The notes beneath the pieces are model-generated. The model searched no databases. It was not told the origin of the DNA and saw only the letters and a list, made by a program, of their open reading frames with translations. This document shows positions 29,433-39,471 of a stretch of DNA of 64,000 nucleotides, piece by piece. Position 1 is the stretch's first letter, and the number at the start of each line of letters is the position of its first letter. This DNA comes from Gammaproteobacteria bacterium. Lineage in GTDB: Bacteria; Pseudomonadota; Gammaproteobacteria; Acidiferrobacterales; SZUA-150. Made by a program: the position numbers and the translations under genes. The stretch lies in NCBI GenBank assembly GCA_036986275.1, contig BTRG01000002.1, positions 9,387-73,386 of the forward strand. The letters run 5' to 3'.

Positions 29433-30269
29433 ATGACAGTGCTGGATTGTGGTGGACGACCACTGGAACTGGGTCGTACCGCCATCATGGGCGTACTGAA
29501 TATCACCCCCGATTCCTTCTCGGACGGGGGTCTTTTTTTTACGGCCGATCAGGCCGTGGCCCAGGCCAGAAAAATGGTCACGGAAGGTGCTGATATCATT
29601 GATATTGGCGGCGAGTCCACGCGGCCGGGGGCCTGGGCCATCTCGGTGCAACAAGAACTGGACAGGGTGATACCGGTTATTGAGGCCCTGAGAGCCGAGA
29701 GTGATATCCCTGTATCCATCGATACTTCCAAGGCCGAGGTCATGGCGGCGGCGGTATCGGCCGGGGCCGGCCTGATCAATGATGTCTGTGCATTACAAGG
29801 GGCAGGCGCGCTGGAGGCCGCGGTCAACGCCGGGGTGCCTGTCTGTCTCATGCATATGCAGGGTGAACCCCGCACCATGCAGGCCGACCCCCAGTATGAA
29901 GATATCGTGGCCGCAGTGAGTGACTTTCTACAGCAGCGCCGCCAGGCCTGCATCGGGGCCGGCATCCCGGCTGATCATATTCTACTGGATCCGGGATTCG
30001 GTTTTGGCAAGGCGGCAGAACATAATCTAGAATTACTGAGCCGGCTCAATAAACTCGTTGTATTGGGCAGTCCGGTGCTGGTAGGGCTGTCTCGCAAGTC
30101 CATGATAGGCAGCCTGCTTGAATTGCCCGTAGAGCAGCGACTGTATGCTAGTGTTGCCCTGGCCTTATTTGCTGTCAGCCAGGGTGCGCGCATAGTGCGT
30201 GTCCATGATGTGGCCGCAACACATCAGGCGGTACGTATGTGGGAAAGCATACAAACCCATGAGGCATGA
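29433..30269 (+). CDS. folP: Dihydropteroate synthase
   Basis: IMGVLNITPDSFSDGG...GADIIDIGGESTRPGA. Confidence 0.95.
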   Translation: MTVLDCGGRPLELGRTAIMGVLNITPDSFSDGGLFFTADQAVAQARKMVTEGADIIDIGGESTRPGAWAISVQQELDRVIPVIEALRAESDIPVSIDTSKAEVMAAAVSAGAGLINDVCALQGAGALEAAVNAGVPVCLMHMQGEPRTMQADPQYEDIVAAVSDFLQQRRQACIGAGIPADHILLDPGFGFGKAAEHNLELLSRLNKLVVLGSPVLVGLSRKSMIGSLLELPVEQRLYASVALALFAVSQGARIVRVHDVAATHQAVRMWESIQTHEA

Positions 30270-30284
30270 ATAAATGGTGAAAAA

Positions 30285-31655
30285 ATGAGCAGAAAATTTT
30301 TTGGCACTGACGGTGTGCGGGGTCGTGTAGGTGAAGACCCTATTACACCGGAACGCATGCTAAAGCTGGGATGGGCAGCGGGTCGGATTCTGGCTCAGGA
30401 TGGTGATGGTGGCGGCAAGGTCCTGATCGGAAAGGACACGCGTATTTCCGGTTACTTGCTGGAGTCGGCACTGGAGTCCGGGTTATCGGCCGCCGGCGTG
30501 GATGTGCGTCTGTTAGGCCCTATGCCGACGCCAGGTATTGCTTACCTGGCGCGTACTGCGCGTGCACGAGCTGGTATCGTCATTAGTGCTTCGCACAATC
30601 CTTACGAAGATAATGGCATCAAATTCTTTTCCTCGCAGGGCACCAAGCTGGCGGACGAAGTTGAGCAGGCCATTGAAGCGATCATGGAAGAACCCATGGT
30701 GACGGTTCCTTCGGCCAGGCTGGGCAATGCCAAGCGCTATCCCGATGCCGCCGGCCGTTATGTTGAATTTTGCAAAGGCACACTGCCGAACCGTATGGGT
30801 CTGGAGGGGCTGAAGATAGCCGTCGACTGTGCCAATGGTGCGGCATATCTGGTGGGCTATCATGTTTTCCATGAGTTGGGTGCTGACGTGATTGCGGTGG
30901 CGAACGAACCGGATGGTTTTAATATCAATAAGGAATGTGGTTCGACCCATCCCGCATTGCTGCAACAAGTCGTGAAAAGTACGGGCGCCGATGTGGGTGT
31001 GGCTCTGGATGGGGACGGCGATCGCCTCATCATGGTTGATGCCGCTGGTGACATCGTCGATGGCGATCAATTGTTATACATTATGAGTCAGGCACGCAAA
31101 CAGAGTGGCACGCTTAATGGTGGCCTGGTGGGTACGTTGATGACCAATCTGGGCCTGGAGCAGGCCTGTTGCGCCGCCGGCATACCCTTTGCCCGTGCGG
31201 ACGTAGGTGATCGTTATGTCATGAATATACTCAAACAGCAGGCGTGGGAGCTGGGTGGCGAATCCTCAGGTCATATCATTTGCCTCGATAAGCATACTAC
31301 GGGCGACGGGATTATTGCCGCCCTGGAAATCCTGGCAGTCATGCTGCGTAGCGGGAAATCCCTGGCTGAGCTCAAGGCCGGTATGGAAGTGTTACCACAG
31401 AACATGGTCAACGTGAGTATCCCGCGTGAGGTGCATACGGCCAGGCTGTTTAATGTCAATGACTCAGTCGCTGTAAAAGAAGCTGTCCAGGCGGTTGAAA
31501 GTGAGTTGGCGGAAAATGGCCGTGTACTGCTACGCGCTTCCGGTACAGAGCCCGTTATCCGGGTGATGGTGGAGGGCAACAATATGGATCAGATCGAGCG
31601 CCTGAGCCAGGATCTTGCCAAGGTGGTAGAGCAGGCCGCCGCTGAAGTGGCCTAG
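30285..31655 (+). CDS. glmM: Phosphoglucosamine mutase
   Basis: FFGTDGVRGRVGE...VISASHNPYEDNGIKFF (active-site Ser). Confidence 0.96.
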   Translation: MSRKFFGTDGVRGRVGEDPITPERMLKLGWAAGRILAQDGDGGGKVLIGKDTRISGYLLESALESGLSAAGVDVRLLGPMPTPGIAYLARTARARAGIVISASHNPYEDNGIKFFSSQGTKLADEVEQAIEAIMEEPMVTVPSARLGNAKRYPDAAGRYVEFCKGTLPNRMGLEGLKIAVDCANGAAYLVGYHVFHELGADVIAVANEPDGFNINKECGSTHPALLQQVVKSTGADVGVALDGDGDRLIMVDAAGDIVDGDQLLYIMSQARKQSGTLNGGLVGTLMTNLGLEQACCAAGIPFARADVGDRYVMNILKQQAWELGGESSGHIICLDKHTTGDGIIAALEILAVMLRSGKSLAELKAGMEVLPQNMVNVSIPREVHTARLFNVNDSVAVKEAVQAVESELAENGRVLLRASGTEPVIRVMVEGNNMDQIERLSQDLAKVVEQAAAEVA

Positions 31656-31794
31656 GTCAATAGTGATGACAGGCGAGAATAAATGATACTGAAGATATCG
31701 AAATGCTGAGTGCCGGACGGTATTGGGACAAGTCAATATGTGGAATTCATACAGCGGTAGAACCTCTACTGGTATTACGACCGGTAGCTTGACT

Positions 31795-32868
31795 ATGTCT
31801 GGCAAGAATTTTGTGAATAAAGTGATGTTGGCAGTGTGCCTGACAGCGCCCTTGTTTGTATTGCCTGATATTGTAAAGGCAACGCAGGGTGAGCGCGGCA
31901 AGGAGCTGTTCAGACAGCATTGCGCCGCCTGTCACGGCTCCAATGGCGGTGGTGGGGTCGGTGTTCCGTTATCACTTCCCTCCTTTATTGACACTGTAGA
32001 TGATGATTACCTGGTCAAGACCATACGCCATGGCAGGCCAGGCCGTGTCATGCCTGCTTTTCATCATCTTGATGAACGCGAGCTGAAGGCACTGATAGCT
32101 TTTATTAGGCAGTGGACGGGCGTGCAACCGGAGCCCTACAGCCAAGAGCGGATCAGTGGAGATCCGATTAAAGGGAAGAAGATCTTTCAACGCCAATGCG
32201 CGGTATGTCATGGAGAAAATGGTGAGGGCGGCAAGGGAACTGGCGTCACATTTTCACGGCCACGGCATTTACCGATCCTTGCGTCTGCCCTGAACAACGC
32301 AGGTTTTCTTGCCTCGGCATCAGATCATTTGATACATACTACGATAACGAAGGGTCGCAAGAGCACACCCATGCCTTCAGCCGAGACACTTAACCTGAGT
32401 GAGCAGAATGTAAATGATTTGGTGGCTTATATACGCAGCTGGGAGATGCAGTTAAAGCCAGTCAGGACAAAAACCAGTAAAGAGCCAGCTTACCTTATTA
32501 AAGACTCCCCCTACGATCTCCAGACCACGATCGAAAACGTGAAGAATGCGGTTGCGGGCGCCAACCTCAAGTTAATTCGTGTCCAGGAACTGGATAAAGG
32601 CCTGGTACCGAAAGGACAGGAAAACAAGAAACAAATTATTATTTATTCCTGTGGCTTCAGTTTTTTGTATGAGGCGCTAAAAGTTGATCCGCGGGTCGGA
32701 CTCTTTTTGCCATGCCGTATCACGGTAGTCGAACATAAAGGCAAGGTAAAGATCATGGCGATCAACACCAAGCATCTGGCTACACGATTCAATAACGAGG
32801 AACTGGATCGATTATGTGCCCAGATGTATGAGAGCTATGTGGATATCCTCGACGAGGCCACGCTATGA
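31795..32868 (+). CDS. Dihaem c-type cytochrome fused to a C-terminal DUF302 domain
   Basis: Signal peptide MSGKNFVNKVMLAVCLTAPLFVLPDIVKA and two CxxCH motifs (CAACHG, CAVCHG). The C-terminus (YDLQTTIENVKNAVAGANLKLIRVQEL...LPCRITVVEHKGKVKI) resembles DUF302. The ORF-track start at 31723 is probably too early. Confidence 0.7.
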   Translation: MSGKNFVNKVMLAVCLTAPLFVLPDIVKATQGERGKELFRQHCAACHGSNGGGGVGVPLSLPSFIDTVDDDYLVKTIRHGRPGRVMPAFHHLDERELKALIAFIRQWTGVQPEPYSQERISGDPIKGKKIFQRQCAVCHGENGEGGKGTGVTFSRPRHLPILASALNNAGFLASASDHLIHTTITKGRKSTPMPSAETLNLSEQNVNDLVAYIRSWEMQLKPVRTKTSKEPAYLIKDSPYDLQTTIENVKNAVAGANLKLIRVQELDKGLVPKGQENKKQIIIYSCGFSFLYEALKVDPRVGLFLPCRITVVEHKGKVKIMAINTKHLATRFNNEELDRLCAQMYESYVDILDEATL

Positions 32869-33335
32869 GAATTTTGTTCTTCATGCGCCGCCTGGGTTTG
32901 TTATTGCTCATACTGTCGGCTGTCCAGCCTGTACTTGCGGACCATCTGCTGATGGTACGAATCGAAAAAGAATTTCCCGAAACTATGAATCTGTTGCAAG
33001 ACAGTATTATCGACCATGGTTATACGGTCTCGCGAGTACAACGTGTTGATATTGGCCTGAGTAAGACCGGGCACCGGACGGCCGAATATCGACTGGTATT
33101 CTTTGGCAAGGCCGGGGAGATAACCAGGCTTTCCCGGTCGACGCCTGAGCTTATTCCCTTCCTGCCGCTGAAAATAGTGATCTTTGCCGAGGGCGAGGAA
33201 ACCCTGTTATTGGCCAACGACCCGTTGACATTAAAGACCTCATACCCGGACACGTCTTTACATCAATACTTTAAAGCCTGGCGAGACGATATCCACAGCA
33301 TTATGGAGTCGGTTTATCAACAGGCCCTGGATTGA
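32865..33335 (+). CDS. Secreted DUF302-domain protein
   Basis: Signal peptide MRILFFMRRLGLLLLILSAVQPVLA, then FPETMNLLQDSIIDHGYTVSRVQRVDIG...LPLKIVIFAEGEETLL. The start overlaps the upstream stop (ATGA). Confidence 0.6.
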   Translation: MRILFFMRRLGLLLLILSAVQPVLADHLLMVRIEKEFPETMNLLQDSIIDHGYTVSRVQRVDIGLSKTGHRTAEYRLVFFGKAGEITRLSRSTPELIPFLPLKIVIFAEGEETLLLANDPLTLKTSYPDTSLHQYFKAWRDDIHSIMESVYQQALD

Positions 33336-33524
33336 CCGGCTTCAGGCAGACCCTGCGGGCAAGTGCCTGATAACCGCGTGAGTTCGTAAATTCAAAGTAT
33401 AAGTCATTGTTTAGAATAGAAAACTGCCAGACTTAAACCCCTGCTGCTATTTGCTTTATCGCGCCGCGCTCGGTAAGATGCCGCCCGTTTTTCTATTGCA
33501 TAACAAGATCTTGGGAGACCCCTC

Positions 33525-34277
33525 ATGCGCCGACCGTTGGTGGCAGGTAACTGGAAAATGAATGGCAGCCAGGCTGATTCAGCCGCACTGCTGGATGGTA
33601 TCCTTGCAGGAATTGGGGAGGTGTCCAATGCCGAAGTGGCGGTATGTCCACCATTTATTTTGATCCCTACTGTCGCTGATAAGCTGGCGGGGACGCCGGT
33701 CGCCTTGGGAGGACAAAACCTCCACTACCATGTTTCAGGCGCTTACACGGGCGAGGTTTCGGCTCCGATGCTGCGAGATTTTGGTTGCACCTACGTTATT
33801 GTCGGTCATTCCGAACGTCGCACCTATTTTCAGGAAGCCGACGAGATTGTCGCCCGCAAGTTTGGGGCCGCTCTGGAATTTGGACTCATTCCTATTCTTT
33901 GTGTCGGTGAGACGCTGGAGGAGCGCGAAGAGGGGAAGACCGAGGATGTGGTGGAAGCACAATTGGATGAAGTCCTGGATAGCCATGGTGTGGGTTCATT
34001 TAAAAGTGCGGTGATTGCCTACGAGCCTATATGGGCCATCGGCACCGGCAAAACGGCCAGCCCCGAGCAGGCCCAGGAAGTACACGCCTTTATTCGTGGC
34101 AAGCTGGCCGGTCTGGACGCTGGGGTTGCCGCCCAGGTGCGTATTCTTTATGGCGGCAGCATGAAACCGGATAACGCCCAGGTGCTTATTTCCCAGGCGG
34201 ATATCGATGGTGGTCTGATTGGTGGCGCCTCCTTGAAGGCGGAAGACTTTCTGGCCATTGCCAAGGCAGCGAACTAG
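33525..34277 (+). CDS. tpiA: Triosephosphate isomerase
   Basis: MRRPLVAGNWKMNGS...VIVGHSERR...AYEPIWAIGTG. Confidence 0.96.
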   Translation: MRRPLVAGNWKMNGSQADSAALLDGILAGIGEVSNAEVAVCPPFILIPTVADKLAGTPVALGGQNLHYHVSGAYTGEVSAPMLRDFGCTYVIVGHSERRTYFQEADEIVARKFGAALEFGLIPILCVGETLEEREEGKTEDVVEAQLDEVLDSHGVGSFKSAVIAYEPIWAIGTGKTASPEQAQEVHAFIRGKLAGLDAGVAAQVRILYGGSMKPDNAQVLISQADIDGGLIGGASLKAEDFLAIAKAAN

Positions 34278-34286
34278 GCGTTTATT

Positions 34287-34661
34287 ATGAAAGAAACAAT
34301 ATTGATTGTTCATGTTCTGACCGCCGTTGCCCTGGTGGCACTGGTGCTGCTACAGCATGGCAAGGGCGCGGATGCCGGTGCGGCCTTTGGTGGTGGCGGT
34401 TCCCAATCGGTGTTTGGCAGCAGTGGTTCGGGCAGTTTTCTGACCCGATTGACAGCCGCGCTGGCGACCATTTTCTTTGCCACCAGCCTTTCCCTGGCCT
34501 ATTTCCTGTCACCCAAGGTGTTGACGAGCAGCGTCGTCGATAGGCCTGCCGCTGAGGCCGAGAAAGAGGTGCCTGCCAAGGCTGAAAAGGCGGGAGCACC
34601 TAAACCACCGGCGGTAGACAGCAAGCCTGCCGAACCGGATGTTCCCGAGGTGCCGAACTAG
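34287..34661 (+). CDS. secG: Preprotein translocase subunit SecG
   Basis: [49 protein letters not shown]. Confidence 0.93.
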   Translation: MKETILIVHVLTAVALVALVLLQHGKGADAGAAFGGGGSQSVFGSSGSGSFLTRLTAALATIFFATSLSLAYFLSPKVLTSSVVDRPAAEAEKEVPAKAEKAGAPKPPAVDSKPAEPDVPEVPN

Positions 34662-34723
34662 GTTCAGACAGGCTGTAACAGATTCCGCGGGCCGGCATTC
34701 GCTGGCCCGTTGCGCATAGACAA

Positions 34724-34808
34724 GCCGAAGTGGTGGAACTGGTAGACACGCCATCTTGAGGGGGTGGTGGTGAAAGCCGTGCGGGTTCGAGTCCCGCCTT
34801 CGGCACCA
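34724..34808 (+). tRNA. leuU: tRNA-Leu (anticodon GAG)
   Basis: GCCGAAGUGGUGGAACUGGUAGACACGCCAUCUUGAGGGGGUGG...GGGUUCGAGUCCCGCCUUCGGCACCA has a long variable arm and the anticodon loop UUGAGGG. It sits after secG, as in E. coli. Confidence 0.9.
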
Positions 34809-34891
34809 AACTGATGGATAGGGGTTTTTTATACCCTCAATAATCCATTGTAAGTTACTGAAAATATTGAGTTTACAAGAATAAAGCGAAC

Positions 34892-34920
34892 TTGACGGCC
34901 TCAGGGGGAGCGCCTAGACT
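34892..34920 (+). promoter_or_regulatory. Candidate sigma70 promoter of the nuo operon (TTGACG-N17-TAGACT)
   Basis: TTGACG at 34892-34897 and TAGACT at 34915-34920. Confidence 0.35.
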
Positions 34921-34977
34921 GGCCGGGCTTCGAGTGCCGGGCAACCGGTCGCCATGACACGGGGACTATTAATAAGA

Positions 34978-35334
34978 ATGCTGGAAAACTATCTACCCGT
35001 ATTAATTTTCATCACTGTAGGCATTCTGGTGGGCATCATACCCATGATAATGGGCTGGGCCATGGGCCCAAGACGGCCAGACAGTGAGAAGAATTCACCC
35101 TACGAATGCGGTTTTGAGGCCTTCGAAGACTCCCGTACGAAATTCGATGTGCGCTATTATCTTGTCGCCATTCTGTTCATTATTTTTGACCTTGAAATCG
35201 CGTTTCTCTTTCCCTGGGCTGTGGTGCTGGAGGAGATAGGCATGTTTGGTTTTCTGGCCATGATGCTATTCCTTGGCATTCTTGTGATTGGTTTTATTTA
35301 TGAATGGAAAAAGGGCGCCCTGGAATGGGAATAG
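34978..35334 (+). CDS. nuoA: NADH-quinone oxidoreductase subunit A
   Basis: [12 protein letters not shown]...[41 protein letters not shown]. Confidence 0.93.
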   Translation: MLENYLPVLIFITVGILVGIIPMIMGWAMGPRRPDSEKNSPYECGFEAFEDSRTKFDVRYYLVAILFIIFDLEIAFLFPWAVVLEEIGMFGFLAMMLFLGILVIGFIYEWKKGALEWE

Positions 35335-35801
35335 AAGGCATTCTGGAAAAAGGCGTCATCACAACGACTGTTGATAAGGCCATCAATGCCGTGCGCACCG
35401 GTTCCATGTGGCCCATGACCTTTGGTCTGGCCTGTTGTGCGGTAGAAATGATGCACGCGGGGGCATCCCGTTATGACATTGATCGCTTTGGTATGCTATT
35501 CCGCCCCAGCCCACGGCAATCAGACTTGATGATTGTTGCCGGTACCCTGATCAATAAAATGGCCCCGGCCCTGCGCAAGGTCTATGACCAGATGGCGGAG
35601 CCCCGTTGGGTGATTTCCATGGGTTCCTGCGCCAATGGTGGCGGCTATTATCACTACTCCTATTCGGTCGTGCGTGGCTGCGACCGCATTGTACCCGTGG
35701 ATGTTTACGTCCCCGGCTGCCCACCGACTGCTGAAGCCTTGCTCTATGGCATCTTGCAGTTGCATAGCAAAATCAAACGCACCAACACCATTGCCAGGTA
35801 A
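35325..35801 (+). CDS. nuoB: NADH-quinone oxidoreductase subunit B
   Basis: [17 protein letters not shown]...[36 protein letters not shown]. Confidence 0.95.
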   Translation: MGIEGILEKGVITTTVDKAINAVRTGSMWPMTFGLACCAVEMMHAGASRYDIDRFGMLFRPSPRQSDLMIVAGTLINKMAPALRKVYDQMAEPRWVISMGSCANGGGYYHYSYSVVRGCDRIVPVDVYVPGCPPTAEALLYGILQLHSKIKRTNTIAR

Positions 35802-35810
35802 TCTGTTCTT

Positions 35811-36413
35811 ATGAGTTCAAGCATACAGGCTATGGCAGAGTACGCTCAGGAGAAACTGGGCAGTAGTATAGTCGCCGCTGATAGCGGCGGCGATATGCTC
35901 TTGCTTGAAATCAAACGTGAGGATTTTCTCAAGGCTTGTACGACTCTGAGAGATGACGAGCGTTTTATTTTTGATCAGCTGACTGACTTGTGCGGTGTGG
36001 ATTACCTGACTTACGGCCAGGAATCCGAGGCCGGTGCGCGTCAGGGTCCACGTTATGCCGTGGTCTATCATCTATTGTCTATCAAGCATAACCGTCGCAT
36101 TCGTCTGCGTGTATACTTGGAGGACGATTTCCCGCGCGTGGATTCCGTTACCGAACTCTGGGCCTCGGCCAATTGGTATGAGCGTGAGGCCTTCGATATG
36201 TTTGGTATTGCCTTTGATGGCCACCCTGATTTGCGTCGCATTCTCACGGATTACGGCTTTATCGGCCACCCCTTTCGTAAAGACTTTCCTGTCGTGGGTC
36301 ATGTGGAAATGCGTTACGACCCGGAGAAACAGCGCGTGGTGTATGAGCCTGTTTCGATTGAGCCACGAGAAGTGGTCCCGCGTGTAATACGTGAGGAGGG
36401 CTACGGTGGCTGA
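35811..36413 (+). CDS. nuoC: NADH-quinone oxidoreductase subunit C
   Basis: [44 protein letters not shown]. It is separate from nuoD, not fused. Confidence 0.95.
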   Translation: MSSSIQAMAEYAQEKLGSSIVAADSGGDMLLLEIKREDFLKACTTLRDDERFIFDQLTDLCGVDYLTYGQESEAGARQGPRYAVVYHLLSIKHNRRIRLRVYLEDDFPRVDSVTELWASANWYEREAFDMFGIAFDGHPDLRRILTDYGFIGHPFRKDFPVVGHVEMRYDPEKQRVVYEPVSIEPREVVPRVIREEGYGG

Positions 36414-37659
36414 GATTCGTAACTACACCATGAACTTTGGCCCGCAACATCCCGCGGCTCATGGTGTGCTGCGTCTGGTATTGGAAATGGATGGCGAGGT
36501 CATTGAACGCGCTGATCCACATATCGGCCTGCTGCATCGTGGTACCGAGAAGCTGGCTGAGCAGAGGATGTTTAATCAAAATATAGGCTATATGGACAGG
36601 CTGGACTATGTCTCCATGATGTCCAATGAGCATGCCTATGTCATGGCCTTGGAGAATCTTCTGGGCATAGATATACCGATACGGGCACAGTATATCCGCG
36701 TCCTGTTTGACGAGATTACCCGCGTTCTGAATCACCTGATGTGGTTGGGCACTCATGGCCTGGACATCGGAGCCATGACCATGTTCCTGTATTGTTTCCG
36801 CGAACGAGAAGACCTGTTTGATTGCTATGAAGCGGTCTCCGGCGCTCGTATGCATGCATCCTATTATCGTGTGGGTGGAGTTTATCGTGACCTGCCTGAC
36901 AGTATGCCACAACATAAAACCTCCAAGTGGCATAACAAGAAAGATGTGGAGCGCCTGAACAGCAATCGCCAGGGTTCCTTGCTGGATTTCATCTGGGACT
37001 TTAGCGAGCGCTTCCCTGGGCATGTCGATGAATATGAAACTCTGCTTACTGACAACCGCATCTGGAAACAGCGTACCGTGGGAATTGGTGTGGTATCGGC
37101 AGAGCGCGCCAGGCAGCTTGGCTTCAGTGGCGCCATGTTGCGTGGTTCAGGTATAGCCTGGGATCTGCGAAAGAAGCAACCTTATGAAGTCTATGATCAC
37201 CTGGATTTTGATATTCCCATTGGCACCAATGGCGATTGTTATGACCGTTACCTGGTGCGCGTGGAAGAGATGCGTCAGTCCAACCGCATTATTCGCCAGT
37301 GTGTGAAGTGGCTGCGTGACAACCCAGGTCCTGTGATTGCCGGCAACCATAAGGTGACAGCACCCAGCCGTGAAGCCATGAAGAGCGATATGGAATCTTT
37401 GATACACCACTTCAAGTTATGTACAGAAGGCTATTGTGTACCAGAGGGTGAGGCCTATGCCGCGGTCGAGCACCCCAAGGGTGAGTTTGGTGTCTATGTC
37501 ATTTCGGATGGCGCCAATAAACCGTATCGGATGAAGCTGCGCGCTCCGGGTTTTGCGCACCTGTCCGCTATGGACGAGATGACGCGCGGGCATATGCTGG
37601 CTGATGTGGTGGCGATTATTGGTTCACAAGACGTGGTGTTCGGCGAGATAGATCGATGA
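36406..37659 (+). CDS. nuoD: NADH-quinone oxidoreductase subunit D
   Basis: [31 protein letters not shown]. The GTG start overlaps the nuoC stop. Confidence 0.95.
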   Translation: MAEIRNYTMNFGPQHPAAHGVLRLVLEMDGEVIERADPHIGLLHRGTEKLAEQRMFNQNIGYMDRLDYVSMMSNEHAYVMALENLLGIDIPIRAQYIRVLFDEITRVLNHLMWLGTHGLDIGAMTMFLYCFREREDLFDCYEAVSGARMHASYYRVGGVYRDLPDSMPQHKTSKWHNKKDVERLNSNRQGSLLDFIWDFSERFPGHVDEYETLLTDNRIWKQRTVGIGVVSAERARQLGFSGAMLRGSGIAWDLRKKQPYEVYDHLDFDIPIGTNGDCYDRYLVRVEEMRQSNRIIRQCVKWLRDNPGPVIAGNHKVTAPSREAMKSDMESLIHHFKLCTEGYCVPEGEAYAAVEHPKGEFGVYVISDGANKPYRMKLRAPGFAHLSAMDEMTRGHMLADVVAIIGSQDVVFGEIDR

Positions 37660-38162
37660 GCATGACGCAATCCAGGAGCCTTATTGATTTGATTGCCGAG
37701 ATTTCGCGTAAGGAAATCGATACCTGGATAGCCAAGTATCCGGATGATAGTAAACGCAGTGCCGTCATGGCCGCGTTGCGGATTGTGCAAGACCAGAATG
37801 GGGGCTGGCTGACGACCGAATTGATGGATGCCGTGGCCGAATACCTGGAGATGCCTCCCATTGCCGTCTATGAAGTGGGCACTTTTTATTCCATGTATGA
37901 ACACAAACCCGTGGGCAAATACAAGATCTGTGTTTGTACCAATATTTCCTGCATGTTGTCTGGTTCGGACGAAGTCGTCGGTCATTTAAAAAACAAACTG
38001 GGCATAGGCTTCGGTGACGTGACGGCCGACGGAAAATTCAGCCTTAAGGAAGTGGAGTGCCTGGGGGCCTGTGTGGGCGCACCCATGCTACAAATTGGTG
38101 AGCAGTATTACGAGCACCTGACGCCTGAAAAGATTGACCGGATACTGGACGGGCTGGAGTAG
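37656..38162 (+). CDS. nuoE: NADH-quinone oxidoreductase subunit E
   Basis: [13 protein letters not shown]...[14 protein letters not shown] (2Fe-2S ligands). Confidence 0.95.
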   Translation: MSMTQSRSLIDLIAEISRKEIDTWIAKYPDDSKRSAVMAALRIVQDQNGGWLTTELMDAVAEYLEMPPIAVYEVGTFYSMYEHKPVGKYKICVCTNISCMLSGSDEVVGHLKNKLGIGFGDVTADGKFSLKEVECLGACVGAPMLQIGEQYYEHLTPEKIDRILDGLE

Positions 38163-38166
38163 GCGC

Positions 38167-39459
38167 GTGGCGAACAAAGTTTGTTTCAACGGCATTGACC
38201 GGCCCAATTCCTGGACCCTGGACGCCTATCGCAAGCAAGGTGGCTACGAGGTCTTGACCCGGATATTCAAGAAAAAGACGCCGGCGGAAGATATCATTGA
38301 AGAACTGAAGACGTCCGTGTTGCGCGGGCGTGGCGGCGCCGGTTTTCCCACCGGTCTCAAGTGGAGCTTTATGCCGCGCCAGGCGCCGGGTCAGAAATAT
38401 ATCATTTGTAATTCCGATGAAGGCGAGCCCGGTACCTGCAAGGATAGAGATATCCTGCGATACAATCCCCATGCCCTGATCGAAGGCATGATCATCGCCG
38501 GTTACTGTATCGGCGCGACCGCAGGATATAACTATATTCGTGGTGAATTTTGGGAGCCCTATGAGCGCTTTGAAGCGGCCCTGGAAGAGGCCTATAAAGC
38601 CGGTCTACTCGGCAAGAATATTCAGGGCTCCGGCGTTGACTTCGATCTCTACACGCATCTGGGCGCTGGCGCTTATATCTGCGGTGAAGAAACTGCATTG
38701 CTGGAATCTATAGAAGGCAAGAAAGGCCAGCCCCGCTACAAGCCCCCCTTTCCGGCCAACTACGGTCTGTTTGGCCGGCCCACCACAATTAATAATACCG
38801 AAACCCTGGCCTCTGTGCCTATGATCCTCAAGAAAGGCGGGCAATGGTTTCTGCAGCTGGGCAAGCCCAATAACGGTGGTGTCAAACTGTTTTCAGTATC
38901 CGGTCATGTCAATAACCCGGGTAATTTTGAGATACCCATGGGGACGTCTTTTGCCGATTTGCTGGAGATGGCCGGGGGCGTTCGTAATGGCAATCGTCTC
39001 AAGGCTGTCATCCCCGGTGGTTCGTCTGCTCCAGTGATACCGGGCATACAAATGATGGACCTGACCATGGATTATGATTCCATTGCCGGTGCCGGCTCCA
39101 TGCTGGGTTCGGGTGCCGTGGTGGTCATGGATGAGAGCGTATGCATGGTCAATATACTTACACGCATCAGCCATTTTTATTATGAAGAGTCCTGTGGTCA
39201 GTGCACGCCTTGTCGCGAAGGGACAGGCTGGATGGCGCGCATCATACATCGAATTGAGCATGGAAGGGGACGGCCGCAAGACCTGGATCTGCTCGATGAT
39301 GTGGCTGCCAAGATACAGGGTCGTACGATTTGCGCGCTGGGCGATGCCGCGGCCATGCCGGTTGCGGGCTTTCTAAAGCATTACCGCAGTGAATTTGAAT
39401 ACCATATTGAACATGGCAATTGTATGCCTGGAACCTCCAGTCATAGAACAAATGTATAG
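38167..39459 (+). CDS. nuoF: NADH-quinone oxidoreductase subunit F
   Basis: [17 protein letters not shown]...[15 protein letters not shown] 38167 follows the nuoE stop. Confidence 0.95.
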   Translation: MANKVCFNGIDRPNSWTLDAYRKQGGYEVLTRIFKKKTPAEDIIEELKTSVLRGRGGAGFPTGLKWSFMPRQAPGQKYIICNSDEGEPGTCKDRDILRYNPHALIEGMIIAGYCIGATAGYNYIRGEFWEPYERFEAALEEAYKAGLLGKNIQGSGVDFDLYTHLGAGAYICGEETALLESIEGKKGQPRYKPPFPANYGLFGRPTTINNTETLASVPMILKKGGQWFLQLGKPNNGGVKLFSVSGHVNNPGNFEIPMGTSFADLLEMAGGVRNGNRLKAVIPGGSSAPVIPGIQMMDLTMDYDSIAGAGSMLGSGAVVVMDESVCMVNILTRISHFYYEESCGQCTPCREGTGWMARIIHRIEHGRGRPQDLDLLDDVAAKIQGRTICALGDAAAMPVAGFLKHYRSEFEYHIEHGNCMPGTSSHRTNV

Positions 39460-39471
39460 CGAGTGCAGTGA

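Noticed and set aside
34688-34707. Hairpin GGGCCGGC-attc-GCTGGCCC between secG and tRNA-Leu as a terminator
   Set aside because: No T tract follows it, and the tRNA is probably co-transcribed with secG as in E. coli. It is more likely a processing structure, if it is anything at all.
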